Shown piece after piece: positions 48,647-62,400 of a DNA stretch of 64,000 bases (positions are counted from its first letter, which is position 1; the number at the start of each line of letters is the position of its first letter). The notes below the pieces were generated by a model that saw nothing but the letters and a program-made list of their open reading frames with translations, did not search any database and was not told the origin of the DNA. The DNA comes from Tubiluchus corallicola (lineage: Eukaryota > Animalia > Priapulida). The position numbers and the translations under genes are program-made. The DNA is taken from positions 1-64,000 of the forward strand of contig JAQGDQ010000137.1 in assembly GCA_030141605.1 (NCBI GenBank), given 5' to 3'.

Positions 48647-50495
48647 CATTTGTTCATACTCCCTTAGCTAATTTTTATTTGATGTTGCTCAATTTTTTGC
48701 AAGTTTTGTATTGTAGTTTTGTGGTCCTTTCTCGGTGCATTTTACTGCACAGTTATTGGTATTCTTATTGACTTTAGAGTAATGTTCTTTTGTGAAAAAC
48801 TAGCTAGTTTTCACATGCTAGTTGTATAGTTACAGCTAGGGTAATGCAATGTGTATTTTTGAATTTTTTAGCTCAAAGTTGTTAATAGTTAGACTGTAAA
48901 TTGTCATATTTTAACGAGCACTTGTGACTTTTGTACAGCATATTTTATGTGTGAGATTCATCATTGTAACTTAGATTAATGGTAAAGCTAAAGAATGTAG
49001 ATACAGCAGTAAGATAAACTAATATTAAAACTGCAGTTGACTTAACTTGCTTTACAAGGTATAGTATTGTGGTGACCTCTAACAGATAGCATGTTATGAC
49101 ATACCTTAGTATTGTTGGTATTTCAAATTCGTTTATTATTTTTTAAGCATTTTCATTTTATGTGATGTGTTTTGATATTTTAATATGACTAATTTAAAGT
49201 AGATTTCATCTGTAAATTTTCATTTGCTTTTTCTGTTTTTTAAAACTTGTTTTGCAAATTGTTACCTGGCAGTTAAAACAGCTGGCCTAAATGTTAATAT
49301 AAATAATATAATATATTACCTCTGGCAGCAATAGTTTGATTGCATTTATGCTTCTTTAATCACAAACGTATCGTGCTCCAGAGGCCAGGATTCTAACTTT
49401 TCCTCCTAGTGTAAAGGAGGTACTGTAAAAGTCTGCAAACTGAGCAGCATTGCATTCCATGTCTATTGTAGACAAGCTGTTGAACTTTTTCTGGGTTCCT
49501 TAACAACGCTTTACTAATATTTTGTACTAAGTATGTAATTTTAAGTTCTGTTTCCGCCAGAATAAACTTGATTACATTAGTGTACAAACTTACTTGTACT
49601 TCAACAGAAATTATATTTTTAATAAATAATAAATTAGTTTTTCTATTTATGGTATTAAATTAAATGTTTTTAAAGTAAATGATAATTTTCTTATATTTTT
49701 GTAAGCAATATTGTTAATACCAAAGGGTAGGTCGTTGTGAACACTTAACATTGTCATGCATTTATTCTTGTTGGTGCCAAATGCTGCAAACATTTCTAAA
49801 TATTGCTTGTAAATAAATAATAAAAGTGTTTACTAGTAATCAAGAGTATTTTGTATATTTTAATGTTGGCAACTTTTTGTGAAGTTTCTTACAGTGCCTC
49901 AACAACAGTGTACAAAAGTATGACATGCATGAATAGTATTTTATTTGATTCGACATACATATGTACTATTATGTAATTCAATCATTCTTTAATTACAAAG
50001 CGAAAAAAGAAACAGTGTTTTACTGCTTAAAGTAATTTTATTTTTAAAATACTCATACAATTATAATGAAACAGTAATGAAATTACATGTAAAAATAGAA
50101 AATTAACAACGGTTTATAAATAAAATTAATTACATTTACATAGAAAATGAAAACAATACAAAGTTTTCGTTATAAATTACGAAGTACAGTAGCTTGAAAG
50201 CACAGAGGTTAACAATTTTGCAATCATTTGCACAAAGTTTTATGCAAAATGGAGTGAAAAATGAAACCACTACCGAATTTTGTTGATGTATTATTTTAAA
50301 AATTTGATTAAAAGATAATATGTGTAAATTATTAAATAGCTAAACACTGTGAGTAAAAATACATTAACAAAATTAAATATAAATTGAATATTAAGTCAAT
50401 AACAAAACAGTGAAAAATCTTATGAAAACTTCCAAAGAAGTTATTAAACGCAAGCCACTTATAGGAATGCACTTAAGAAGCCAGTTATGGAATGT

Positions 50496-53400
50496 TCATT
50501 TTACATCACATAAAAGAGCAACTCCGCGCAATATCCAATGATCTGGATTCTGCACCGTTCTGAGCCAAACTGGGGTGATATAAGTCAGGTCTGTTCTCTT
50601 AGGTTTCTTGTACACGGGGCACTCGTAAAGTTTGGGATCTTTTGGTGCCACTGAATTGATAGCGTACAAATGAATGACCGGCAGTTGAGTGAAGAGGGCT
50701 TTAGGCGTGGCTTCCGTGAGGCGGCAGTTACGGCGTTCCCAACCTGCCCCATCTATGTACAAGCCATAAACGTAAACACCTTCCTGTTATCAATACAACA
50801 AAAACAGCAGGTTAACAGCTGAACGTATAAAAACACATGTTGTGTTATTGCTCACTTATAAGCTTCGTAAGAAAATCATGGAAAGAGTTTATGGCTGTTG
50901 TTTTGTAAACATTTAGAATACACATTGTTGGGGCAGATCCATTTGGACATTAAAATGAAATAAACCTCAACAACGAAGCAATGTATATAGGACAGATCCA
51001 TTTAAGAGTGCACTTATGAGAAAAGTTGGGCTTTGTTCCAGTCTGTGCAGTGGCTGTACTATCTTCATGCAAAACTTTGGCCTTTAACAATGAAAACTGT
51101 GACTGCGATAGCTTTCAAAGGTAAAACTGACAACATAGTGTTGTTGTTGTCACATTTATCACTGAAACTTATCAAAGGCCACAGCTTTCATCGTAGAAGA
51201 CTGAACTTTTGCCTGCAGAAACTTCAGATCATTAAAGAGACTGTAACACAGTTTGATTAGCACTTTCCCAACATGGCTCTCAAATATATCTGCTAAATGG
51301 AACACACTCGCTAAATGGATTGTCCCGATACACTTTACACTTCATGCCAGGTCCAAAAACTGGTATTTTGGTTAATAAGTGAAAAACATACTTGAGGCGG
51401 TTGCATAACATCATCTTTGTAATGTTTAAGCACGTCGTTGTGCAGTGTGACTTGATCGAGAGCCCAGCCTTTATGTGCCCGAGTTACTTCTTGTCGCATA
51501 GCCGTCAAAAAACCTACAAAATTAACTTCTACAATTTATAATGTGCAAAATGAAAAGCAAAGTTATCTTAAAAAACTAGTGCTACGATTTTGTTTCTAAG
51601 TGTATTAAAAAGTATTGATCGAAACAAAAATGCAAAAAGTATAGTGTCTTAAAAGAAATAGTTAAAATTATTTATATCCACATAACAATTAAGCTTATTT
51701 TCAGACATTCTGCGAAATGGACTTTTGCATTTCACTCTAATTTGTTTATGTTTCTTCAGACTATTTCTCAATTTATTGAATGTATTGTTTTATAGAATGT
51801 TTAAATTGTGTTTAAAATTAGTCCAAGGTAAAACTAGCTTCTAAGCTAAAATGTATCTTCATACATAGAGTGCCAAATCGCTTGCTTGTAAGGTGCTAAA
51901 TAAGTTCACAATGCTAAAAACTTTTCTTAGTCATCTTTAAAGGACTTTCTTATTTTTACAATATTTCAATTAAGAAACTTCTTTAGTGCCCTCCAGCTTT
52001 AAAAGTTAATAATACCTGCTAAACTGTAATATTACTTTTTAGCTAAGTACCTCTTTACTATTTAGTTATAACTGAACTTCAGTTATAACTGAACTTTACT
52101 AATTGATACTTAGCTAAGCTGTTTAATGATAAATGTGTCACTGAAATTTTTCTTTTTTAAAGAACGAATTACGAACACGCACCCATTACAACCCATAATT
52201 ACAAGCACCACATGTCACCAAACAGCCAAAAAGAATTATATTTCTGAAATTCAAGCTTGGGATCCAGGGGACCATTAAGAAAATGAGATACTGAACCAGC
52301 AGGAGCATCTTAGCTACACTTAGATGTGTCCTTCCTGTGTGAAATAGACAGAAGGGAAACTTTAGAAACAAAACTGCCCAGAAGAGTAATTCCTGTAGTC
52401 ACCCACCCTTTTGCTAGCTAGGCTTGGAGTTGTTTAACTTCGCAGCCATGACCACTTTGCTGTTAACCTACTAGCCTTGCAACAAATTGGACACTACCAG
52501 CTGTTTAAATAAAAGACATTATTATGGAAATAACAAGTTGGCTTCCAGCACCTGACATTATGATTGTAAATCCAATCTACTATAAGTCAATCTCAACAGA
52601 GTCAATGCAACTGGCTTTCAGCACAGCATATGCAGCAGTCTGCTTACTTATGTTCAGTGATATTAGTAGTATTATGTTTTTCTCAGTGATATTTGAAGTG
52701 TTGTTAATGTTATAAAGACCAGTTTACAATTGGTATTATACCAGACTAAAGTTTAGAGCAATTAGAAGAAGCCACTCGTGTCTACAAAAGCTAGTATCTA
52801 AAAAGTTATTAAGCTATGTTATCTTACAATATAAAGAAATTCATATTTACCCAAAAGCTGCTTAATGCATATAAAGGAAAAGACAGTAAGTAATATGCAT
52901 AATAAATTCACTTCTTCAACAATGTTCTTCAACAAACATTCTTATTCGTATAAATAACCAGTTGAAATTTTCCAGATATTTTTATTTATCTGGTATGAAA
53001 TCATGTGTAGAAAAGTCACACCTTTTTATAACATGTCTGAAATAATATGTCATGTCACGACTACATACCTTGCGCATTGAAAAAGCCAGTCATCCAAAAC
53101 ACTTTAGGTCTACCAACGAATAACCAGGAATGGAACTGATGATTTCTTTCTATAAGTTCCGTAAACCAGAAGCCAAGAGTCGACGACTCCCAAGAAATTT
53201 TCAACCAAATCTTTGGAATCCGTGCATCATACATATTATTCAACGCATCTCTTAAATTCTGTAAAATTTAAGCTTTCTCAATATTTGAAAGTTAGTAGCT
53301 TATACCTTAGTGGCAGTCTCCTCAACTATACTTTTTGACATTAGTACACGTTATTGTAATGAATGTCAAAATAACTTGTAATGAATGAATGAATGAAACT

Positions 53401-56400
53401 ACCATGTAACACTTCATAATAATAATGTAATCAGTATTTTTCAGTTAAAAACATTAAACAAGGACCTTTCAAGTAAAAAACTCTAAAATGAAGTAGAATG
53501 TAGAAGAAGCTTAAATGATTAAATTGAACATTTTAAAAAAGCTCAGTTTATAAAATTATAATGCAATCATGCTCATTAATATATATTTTTCTAAGCACAA
53601 ATTTGGGAATCATATTACTAACATTTTTCAAACGAAATTCCAAAAAAATCAAACCTGCTTTTGCCCTTTCTTCCCAAAATCATCTGGTAATTATGATAAC
53701 TAAATTTTATGAATATCATAAAATAAAATCCACTTTTTCTATATTCCTATAAATAATCATGATTGTATGTGTACAAAAACAAACTCACTCACTTCACTCA
53801 TGACGATTGTTCCCTCAATGGCCAGCTTAAGGTCCATCAGAGTAACACGGACAGTGCTGATCACCTTCTGTATTCTGTCTATTTCCTGGCGCAGAAAGAT
53901 GTTCATAGAACAGAGCGCACCCATTGTTTGCAGCCGAGCTTTAACCTGCAAAATAGTCAGGTTACCTAGCAACAGAATTAAATCAATGAATAATTCATTC
54001 TTAAAGACAAGTAAGTGATCCCCTCTTACTGGGCTTCTGAACTTGCTAACACCAAAATTAAAGATTTTTTGACGGGAGAAAGATTATGGGCAAGCTTCGC
54101 AAATAAAGATATACCCTTCTAGAAACAGAGTAATTGGGGAAAAAGACAGTCCATTGGAACCTAAGGACATCACTTATACAGCATGTCTTGCTGGAAAAAC
54201 AACCAATGATGAGGACATTTAGTTTAGGAAGTGATTTTTGTAAATGCTAAATGATTCTCTTTGGCTTGCTCTGAAATGACCTAACAATAATCCTATCTTC
54301 GAGTTATCAAAAAAACTGAAAAGGAAAAAAGAAAAATCAGTACGTGTTCGTTCCATCAGGGTGGGCAGATTTAATAAAAATATCACAAGTGATAAACGTT
54401 TTAGTGTTTGTAAGTTTGCATTCAGTGAAGGAATGCCTTGTGAAACGTGCAATAAGATACACAGAAGATAAAGGAAATAATTGGGTATTAACGTGCTTTT
54501 CAGCAAAGCATGTTGAATACAATTCGAAAGAAATTCGTTAGTGATTAAGATGTTTTATGGGTATAGTTAAGTTTAACTGCCGGCACAGAAGATTGTATCT
54601 TGGGGAAAGTACCTCAGCTTCCCGAGCTTGCCAGCATTTCACTAACCAGCAAAGACTGCCGGAAGAAACATCAAACAGACAAACTAAATGTCATTAAAAA
54701 AAGATGAAATTTGTTCCAACAGTGTACCATGACTTTTATTTGAACTTAACTTGTGTTAATTGAAACGGTAAACATTAAAACACTGGATCCAGATTTCTGT
54801 GATGAAAACAAACAGGAAGTACACCGGTAACATTTCACAACAAAATTTGGATAACACCTATATTTTATTCATCGCTTTTGCATAATTTGCACGTATGTTT
54901 TGCAAAAATCGTCATTGCAAAAGTGACTTAATTTGTACGTTTTACCTCTGAAATGGACAAAAGAGTATGTCCTATCTGTGGAGTGAATAAAAGTAACATA
55001 ATGACACCTGAACCTCAGATGAAAATGAGTGCAGATCTCTTTAGAGTTGTTAAAATATATCTTCTACATAATGCAATGAAATAACATAAAATAAATAAAA
55101 ATTAAATAAAATTAAATGAAATGCCCCTTAAATAATCGTAAAATTGAAGTACTGAATCATTTACAGACATGCTTAAATTGCATGCCACTTTTACAAATTT
55201 ACAATAATTTTTTTATTTAGTTGGAAATTTTATTACAATAATTAATATAGTTATTTTATTTATTTTAATAATTTTTTTAAATTTATATATTTATATTATA
55301 TATATATTTTATTATAATTGTTACAGTCATTTAATTTAACTCAATCAGTTATAAACAAAATTTCAGGTAATTGCTACCTGCTATAATATGAATTGCAGTG
55401 TACATATTTATAAATGGCCGAACAGTATAAAGTTGTGTTGTTTGCCATGAATTAATTTCCGATTACCTTGTAATTACCGTACGATGTAAATGGAATCAAT
55501 TTTTGAACCAAAACTTGAGCATTGAACTGATTTCTGTCTTCACCCAGGTTACAAATAATTTAAATCATAAAGCTAATGCCACACAGACAACGTCGTGTCT
55601 GGACATAGTAGATGCCATTAGGTGTGCAGTAAAAATTTCACAGGAAAAATGGGACGGTAAAAATGGCACAGGAAAAAATGGACAGCCAATTTTAAGTAAT
55701 CATCTTACATTCGTAAGCAAAATCTGTGTTAAACGTTTTCCACATATTTGAGAATAAATGGAAAAAACTAATCATGAATATGCGACATTTTTCCTTAAAA
55801 AAATCAAATCATCAATGAGATGACATCAAAAAATATTATTTAGATCAACACATTTTGTTTGATTTAAGGAAAGCCAAATTTCGTCCTGCAGACAAGCAAT
55901 AGAAGAAGCCACGCGTACTTCCCATACCAGGTAAAAAATACCTGCACACCCTTGCACACCTTGCTATGCATGTAAAGCTTTATGACTATATCTACCAAGC
56001 CAACTAGCAGCCATAGTACGATACTATAGTTATTGTCAGAGATGTAATTCCAAATAACATCATCATTATTGCATATAAATGATTCTGATATCATCAAGTA
56101 TTATTATGTCATGAAAATCTGTAAATTTGAAAACTTTTAACAGAGCTGGAAAACAATGCAATTTTCTCCGAACAAACATAATGTGGGTTATGCCTTTCTT
56201 CCACTAAACTAGAAAAATAATAAGGATCACTTCTTAACATTTTGACATTGAATAAAAAACAATGAATGTTGTGGGGAGAAGAGAGGAGCATAGCTTTCGA
56301 GCCTTTTCCACGAGTGAGGCACTATTACTGACGACATTAAAATAATTAAAAATGATTATAGCAACTTACATGAGTTCACAAAGGATACGTGTAACTATAT

Positions 56401-59400
56401 CAAAAGACATTCTTCTTGATCAGCCAAGAGAAAGTTGTGAAAATGAATAAATCTGTCATCTTACAAACTTATTTTGAAAAAGTCACATGAAATATGATTT
56501 TTTGTAGATTAACTGTACAATATTACACCAGATGCCTCTAATTATACAGCAACTTCCTCAACTCTATTAGTAGTGAACTAGCGGTGCACCAAACTATTAA
56601 CCATGTATGATAACACAGATGTTTTTTTAAATGCTGTTTTTACAACAGTTTAAACATTATACCTCATGAGGTACATAACTGGGTGGAAGTTTTGACAGCA
56701 TATCTTCTGCCATTTTAAAAACAACGCTCTCCCTGGTTTCACCGCCGCCACCTACCGTTTCCTTTGGTTGAATGTTCATAATTGTGTCCAATACTTCTTT
56801 AGCCGTGTTGCTTTGGTAACTAAAATTACAAGGTTAACATGGAGGCATATTTAACAGCTGCAAAACTACAAGTATCAGCAACTTCAAAAGCAAATCAGTG
56901 CCATAACATGGGTCATAAAAATGCATTCAATACAGAAAAATACATCTAGAAATAAAAAGAATAAAATAACCTAAACTTTGTTTCATTGTTGTATCTATTA
57001 CTGTAACCATTACTGATTTATTTAAAATTTATTTTAGGTAAATAATAATAACATGACGTAATGCAGTTGGTACTCGCATACTGTGCAGTACTTACACGAA
57101 ATGGCAAACATAAAACATATATATGTATTTGTCAAAGAGTAAAATGTTATAATTAAAAGAATGCTGCAGAAGAACGGCCACCAAACTGACATTTGTCTCC
57201 TGTTATCATTAATTCTGTTAATGATTATACAGGTTCTATTAATAAATCAAAGATTATAAATGGAAACACGGATGTCCTAATCAAAATTCTTCTTTTATTT
57301 TTTCTAACAAATAAATATTTCACAGCTTCTTACGGGTTGCTTCTTCAGTGTAAATATAAGCAATATTAATTTTCTATTAATTTCTAATAAATTTTAGAAA
57401 GTAATGAGGGACTGTATTAAACATATTAAAAGTTTCACTAACGTTATATCAGCATTTGGATGCAGTCCTAGTGCTTGAGGTGAGTCAATTTGAGGCAGTT
57501 CATCAATGGCTTGCATGAATTGTTCCAATGTCTTGCACTTGGGAATTTTATAACCAGTGTAGAAAGCAAAATTATCCTGAAACATGTGTTCTCCAAACCA
57601 CACCTACAAAAATGACTAAAAATCAGCATCTTATATCCAGAACAATATACAAAAATAAAGTCTGTCTAAACATTACACCTTCTATATAATGTCCTTAACT
57701 TGTTATGCTTTTGAAGATGGTTGCCAAAAACTGAAACTGAAAAAAGATGCAAATTTAAAATTATTTTTCTGTCCCTGATTCTACAGGTCAGGAAAAATTG
57801 AACAACACAAGCTATACAAACATAAATCACTTTCAAAAAATTCACTTTGCGGTATATGAAGCTTACAAACAAGTTTGAAGAATTACAAATATTCTGCACA
57901 ACAATAGTATGTAGGCAGCATTTCACAGATAAGTGGTCTACACTGCAATTAATGAAATTTCAAGATTGTCAAGTTATCCTGTAATACTTATATTTATCAG
58001 CTGCCTTGTGTAAATAGAATTTGCCAATTTTTGTCTTTGGATGGGAAGACTGGTGGGAAGATTGTTTATAACTTTAAACACAGCGGTTCAAAAAAATATT
58101 TCGCTTTTTGGCTAAAATCAGTTAAACGGAATTTAACTTTCCATAACTCCTATTAAAAGGAACAAAATATATGGACTTCATTACTTAATTAGATTATGAC
58201 TGTGATTGCCAGAATGTTTATATAAACCATTGCAGTTTATTTTAACAACTATTAACCATTGTGAGTAGTGACTTTGAGAAAGAAAGGAGATGCTAAACAA
58301 TTGTTGACTAGCTGGGATTTGAACCCGAGACCTGGGATTACTACTTCCATGTTCTCACAGCTGAGCTACCAGTCAGCACGACAAAACTGACCTGTATATG
58401 GATTTCCACCACTTCATGAGTAAAAAATCAAAAACTTGAATAACTGAATACAAAAATTTTTGTGCTTTTGGTGTTTTGTGCTCTTAGGTGAAAAGTGGTG
58501 CAAATGTAGAAATTACTGCAGTTACATTTAAATACCAAACTACACACATTTGAATATTTTGTATCTTCTACAAACAATTAGCGTGCTGCCACCCATCATT
58601 TATTTGTGCTACTTATTTTAATATCAGTGTCATACCCTACATATAGTATTCAGCAGCCTCTTATCATAATCGTCGGTCACTCTTCCACCGTAATGAACTT
58701 CGCCCAACATGTAACGGACTGTTACCCAAGAGACACCCTTCTTGATGTCCAAGTCATCCAGGTGATTCTGAATAAACTGACAGCTGGATGACCAATCCGC
58801 ACTATTGAACTCGTATGGAATGTTCCAACCCAAAGGACCAAATTTTCTTCTCTCCTATAAGAAATGTTTAAATATTATAAACATGCTTATTTTACTCAAT
58901 ACACAAAAACACGTGCTAGGAGCTGTAAACTAATTTTTACGTCATATACTACTCTTTTTTTAAATATAACATTCAGATACTGACTACTTGCAAGCAAAAT
59001 GCATGTGAGTGGAGTTACAGCAAGCGAATAACCAAATGCTTTGTATTCTGGACTGATTTTACTCTGGTCTTCAGTCCTCACAACGACGGTCTTGCAAGCT
59101 AAAAATATCCTGGTTCAAACATTTTGATTTGAGAAGAAACATTTGATTCAAATAGTCGATTTCGATTCCAAAATTAACAGTTATGGATTTACACCATTAT
59201 TCACTGGTGAACGAAAATTTTGCTTTTTCTCGTCGACACATAATTAGCCATCAAAAATTCGGTTATTTAGACTACGCGCACATTGCAGTAGAAGCTCGGT
59301 ATCAAAGCAAAAATTTAATACTGGAATCATGTCATCACATCAGATTAGGTAATGTAAAAACATACCTGTACAGTAGTATGTAAGAATGAGACACAGTACA

Positions 59401-62400
59401 GCAAAGGCTTCCATTGATACAGTGAAGAAATGTCCAAGTAATCCGGTGTGATACTTGCATAAGTTCTTGTTAAACCTGCTTTGATACCCTGAGGTGGTTC
59501 ATTTGTAAACTTGATGGAGATCTGGAAAAGAAAGTAGATCATCATTATGTTTGCTAAATATCTTGATCAAATATCCGAAACACACCATTTAAAATATAAA
59601 CGAGCAAACGTAATTGAACAACATAGTTATTTCAGTAAAAATCAGAGTAGATTAATAGATTTAAGTTTTGTAAAATTTACAAATAAGGAAATATTAGTTA
59701 CGGAACTTTTAAAACATGTAATAAATAGCACGGAAGGCCTGTTTATTTTAACTTTCTTGGAAAGTGTATAAACTGTATGCAAGTTTTGGTACATTAACAA
59801 GATTATGTCGTTCTATATTCAGGTATCCTTCTTTCAGGGAATCAGGGAATCAAAACAACGATACACCTTCCACATCACACATATCCATACCATACGCAGA
59901 GTCACCAAGAAGAACCTGACCGATATACGTGTTTTGTCCACTTTTCCCTAGCCTGAAACTTAGCCAGCTAGATGCACAGGCTCGCTAGAGCAGTAACAAA
60001 GGCCGTACATCTCTTCCAAATAATTCCAATCACTAAATTACTATGTTAAAAATACTAAATGAGAATAGCCTGCAGGATAATCAAGCTAAGTCAGCTAAGT
60101 TAGCCCAGTACCTAATTATAACCTAATCAACCAAAACTCAATCTTCACGCTAGTTTATCAGCCAATCAAACAGACAAACAAACAAACAGACCTGCAAAAG
60201 GCTGATAGGAAAGTCCTTATGGACATCAGTTGTAATCCAAATACGGAATGTTTCGTGACACGATGGACCTATACCAAACATGATTTCTAACAACTCCTCC
60301 ATAAATTCCAAACCAAGATGGCAGTTCTGAAGCAACACCCAGCCACCCTGAAAATGAAGAATGTCAGGGTTGCAGAAGCGGTATGATTTCTTCACAGCTT
60401 GCATGAACTAAAATTTACAAATGTTCTTTAAATTCAGAACTAATCAAGAAAAACACAGAAATGTAAATACGTAAATACTTAGAATATTAACAATACTTGT
60501 TGTATGCACTGATTAATGAGTCGTCTAGCATGAACTTCTTGTCCCTGTCCCATGGAAATTGCACGATAATCTGAAAAGCAAAACCAGCATTAATTACGAA
60601 GAACTTGTAGCAACAGTTGATTTACTAAACATACTGAACTTACTAAAAGCAATGTGCAAAAAGATTAGATTATGATCAAGTAAGATCAAAGAAATAATTT
60701 TTACTGCAATAATCAAAAAAGTTAGAGTTTGAAACGCAGGTTGTTGTCGACTTATGGCCTATGCGACTTACGATTGTGCGACTTTATGGCCCAACCGCAA
60801 CTTATTTCACTAATTATATAAAAATAACTATAACTCATATTTTTTTCAACTTTTTAAACAAATTAAGTTTAAATCGCTATTTGTTTCGGTAAATCAATCG
60901 TAGGTGCCGCCATACTTAGTTGTGCGTACACACACAACATCTTCCGTGTAAGGGTGCGCTGCTAGAATATGCGGGTCTGACTTGCGTCTAATTCGTTTTA
61001 TGACTAACTGCAAGTCCTGACTGTGGTCATAAGTCAATGACTACCTGTAGACATAATTCCAAATAGGAGGGTACAATCAACGATATTACTCCAGGAATAG
61101 ACAATCAAATATACATCAGGATATACGTTACAAATGTGGTATCATACTCATGACAGCTGTTCCAATTTACAAGGTAAAGGCAAACTATAAAAACAGATTC
61201 ACCTATTATTCTGACTTATCATTAGTGTTAACAGAAAATGAAGACTAGTCTTAAACATTTTGTGCACCGGCGACAATCAGTCTATCAACAAAACAAAAGT
61301 GACAGGCGAATGATCAATCTATCCACAAAACAAAAGTCACAGATGAATACCAAATTAAACGTCACACATGAATACCACATTAAAAGTCACAGACAAATAC
61401 CAAACTAAAAGCCACAGACGAATACCAAATTAAAAGTCACACATGAATACCACATTAAAAGTCACAGACAAAAACCAAACTAAAAGCCACAGACGAATAC
61501 CAAATTAAAAGTCACACATGAATACCACATTAAAAGTCACAGATGAATACCAAATTAAAAGTCACAGATGAATACCAAATTGCAATTTTCTTGCTAATGC
61601 TTCTATTTGATTAGTAGGATCAGAGCCTAATGATAAGAAACATATCATTGGCGTGCGCACATCACTCTCTGCCCATGTTGCTTCTAGGTTAAGTATAACT
61701 GGATCTGCATATTTTTCTCCTACTGCATCGGATATGTACTTTCTAGCTTGTGGTATAGTTCTATCCGGACACCAGCACCTGTGCACAAACAAAACAAATC
61801 ACAAAAAGTGAGGTTACCATTAAATCGCTTCAAATCCCAGGAATTTTTAGCTAATGAACTACCATTTACATTTAATTATTGACAACCACACAGGAATGGT
61901 CGACTGTCGATCCTAAAAAGTTTTAGACCACTTTGGCTACACAACAGTGGAGGTCAGATTTTTTATATAGTCTTATCAGGATGAAACAAACAAAAACATG
62001 TAGATGTATAATTTTTGAAAATGGTTGAAGTACCAGCGGTTCTGTTAGGTAAATCCTAGAAAGCATGGAACACAGGCTAAAGTCTAAAGTCAGACGATGT
62101 CAAGTAGCTGGCCAATCTTAAGTAGAATTCTCTCCTGTGCCCAGAATTCTCTCCTCGGAATTTTTCCAAATATGGCAAAAGTAATTACAGTTTGTCGCAG
62201 TTTCTCAGCTTTTTTTAAAATGCAGCAAAAATCCAGTTATCAGGCATTATACAGTGTGTTTACTAAAGAAAAAAGTTTGACAAGCAGTATTCACTGAACT
62301 TTGTGCAAAACAATGTTACAATCTTTCAACTCAAGAGGCTTGTTACTAAATAGGTATTAAAATGTACTTATTACATGTTATATTAATATGTTAAATTAAG

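Noticed and set aside
58303-58377. Functional tRNA gene
   Set aside because: The D-loop GG is missing, arms are mismatched and there is no clean oligo-T terminator; it fits a SINE head or pseudogene better.
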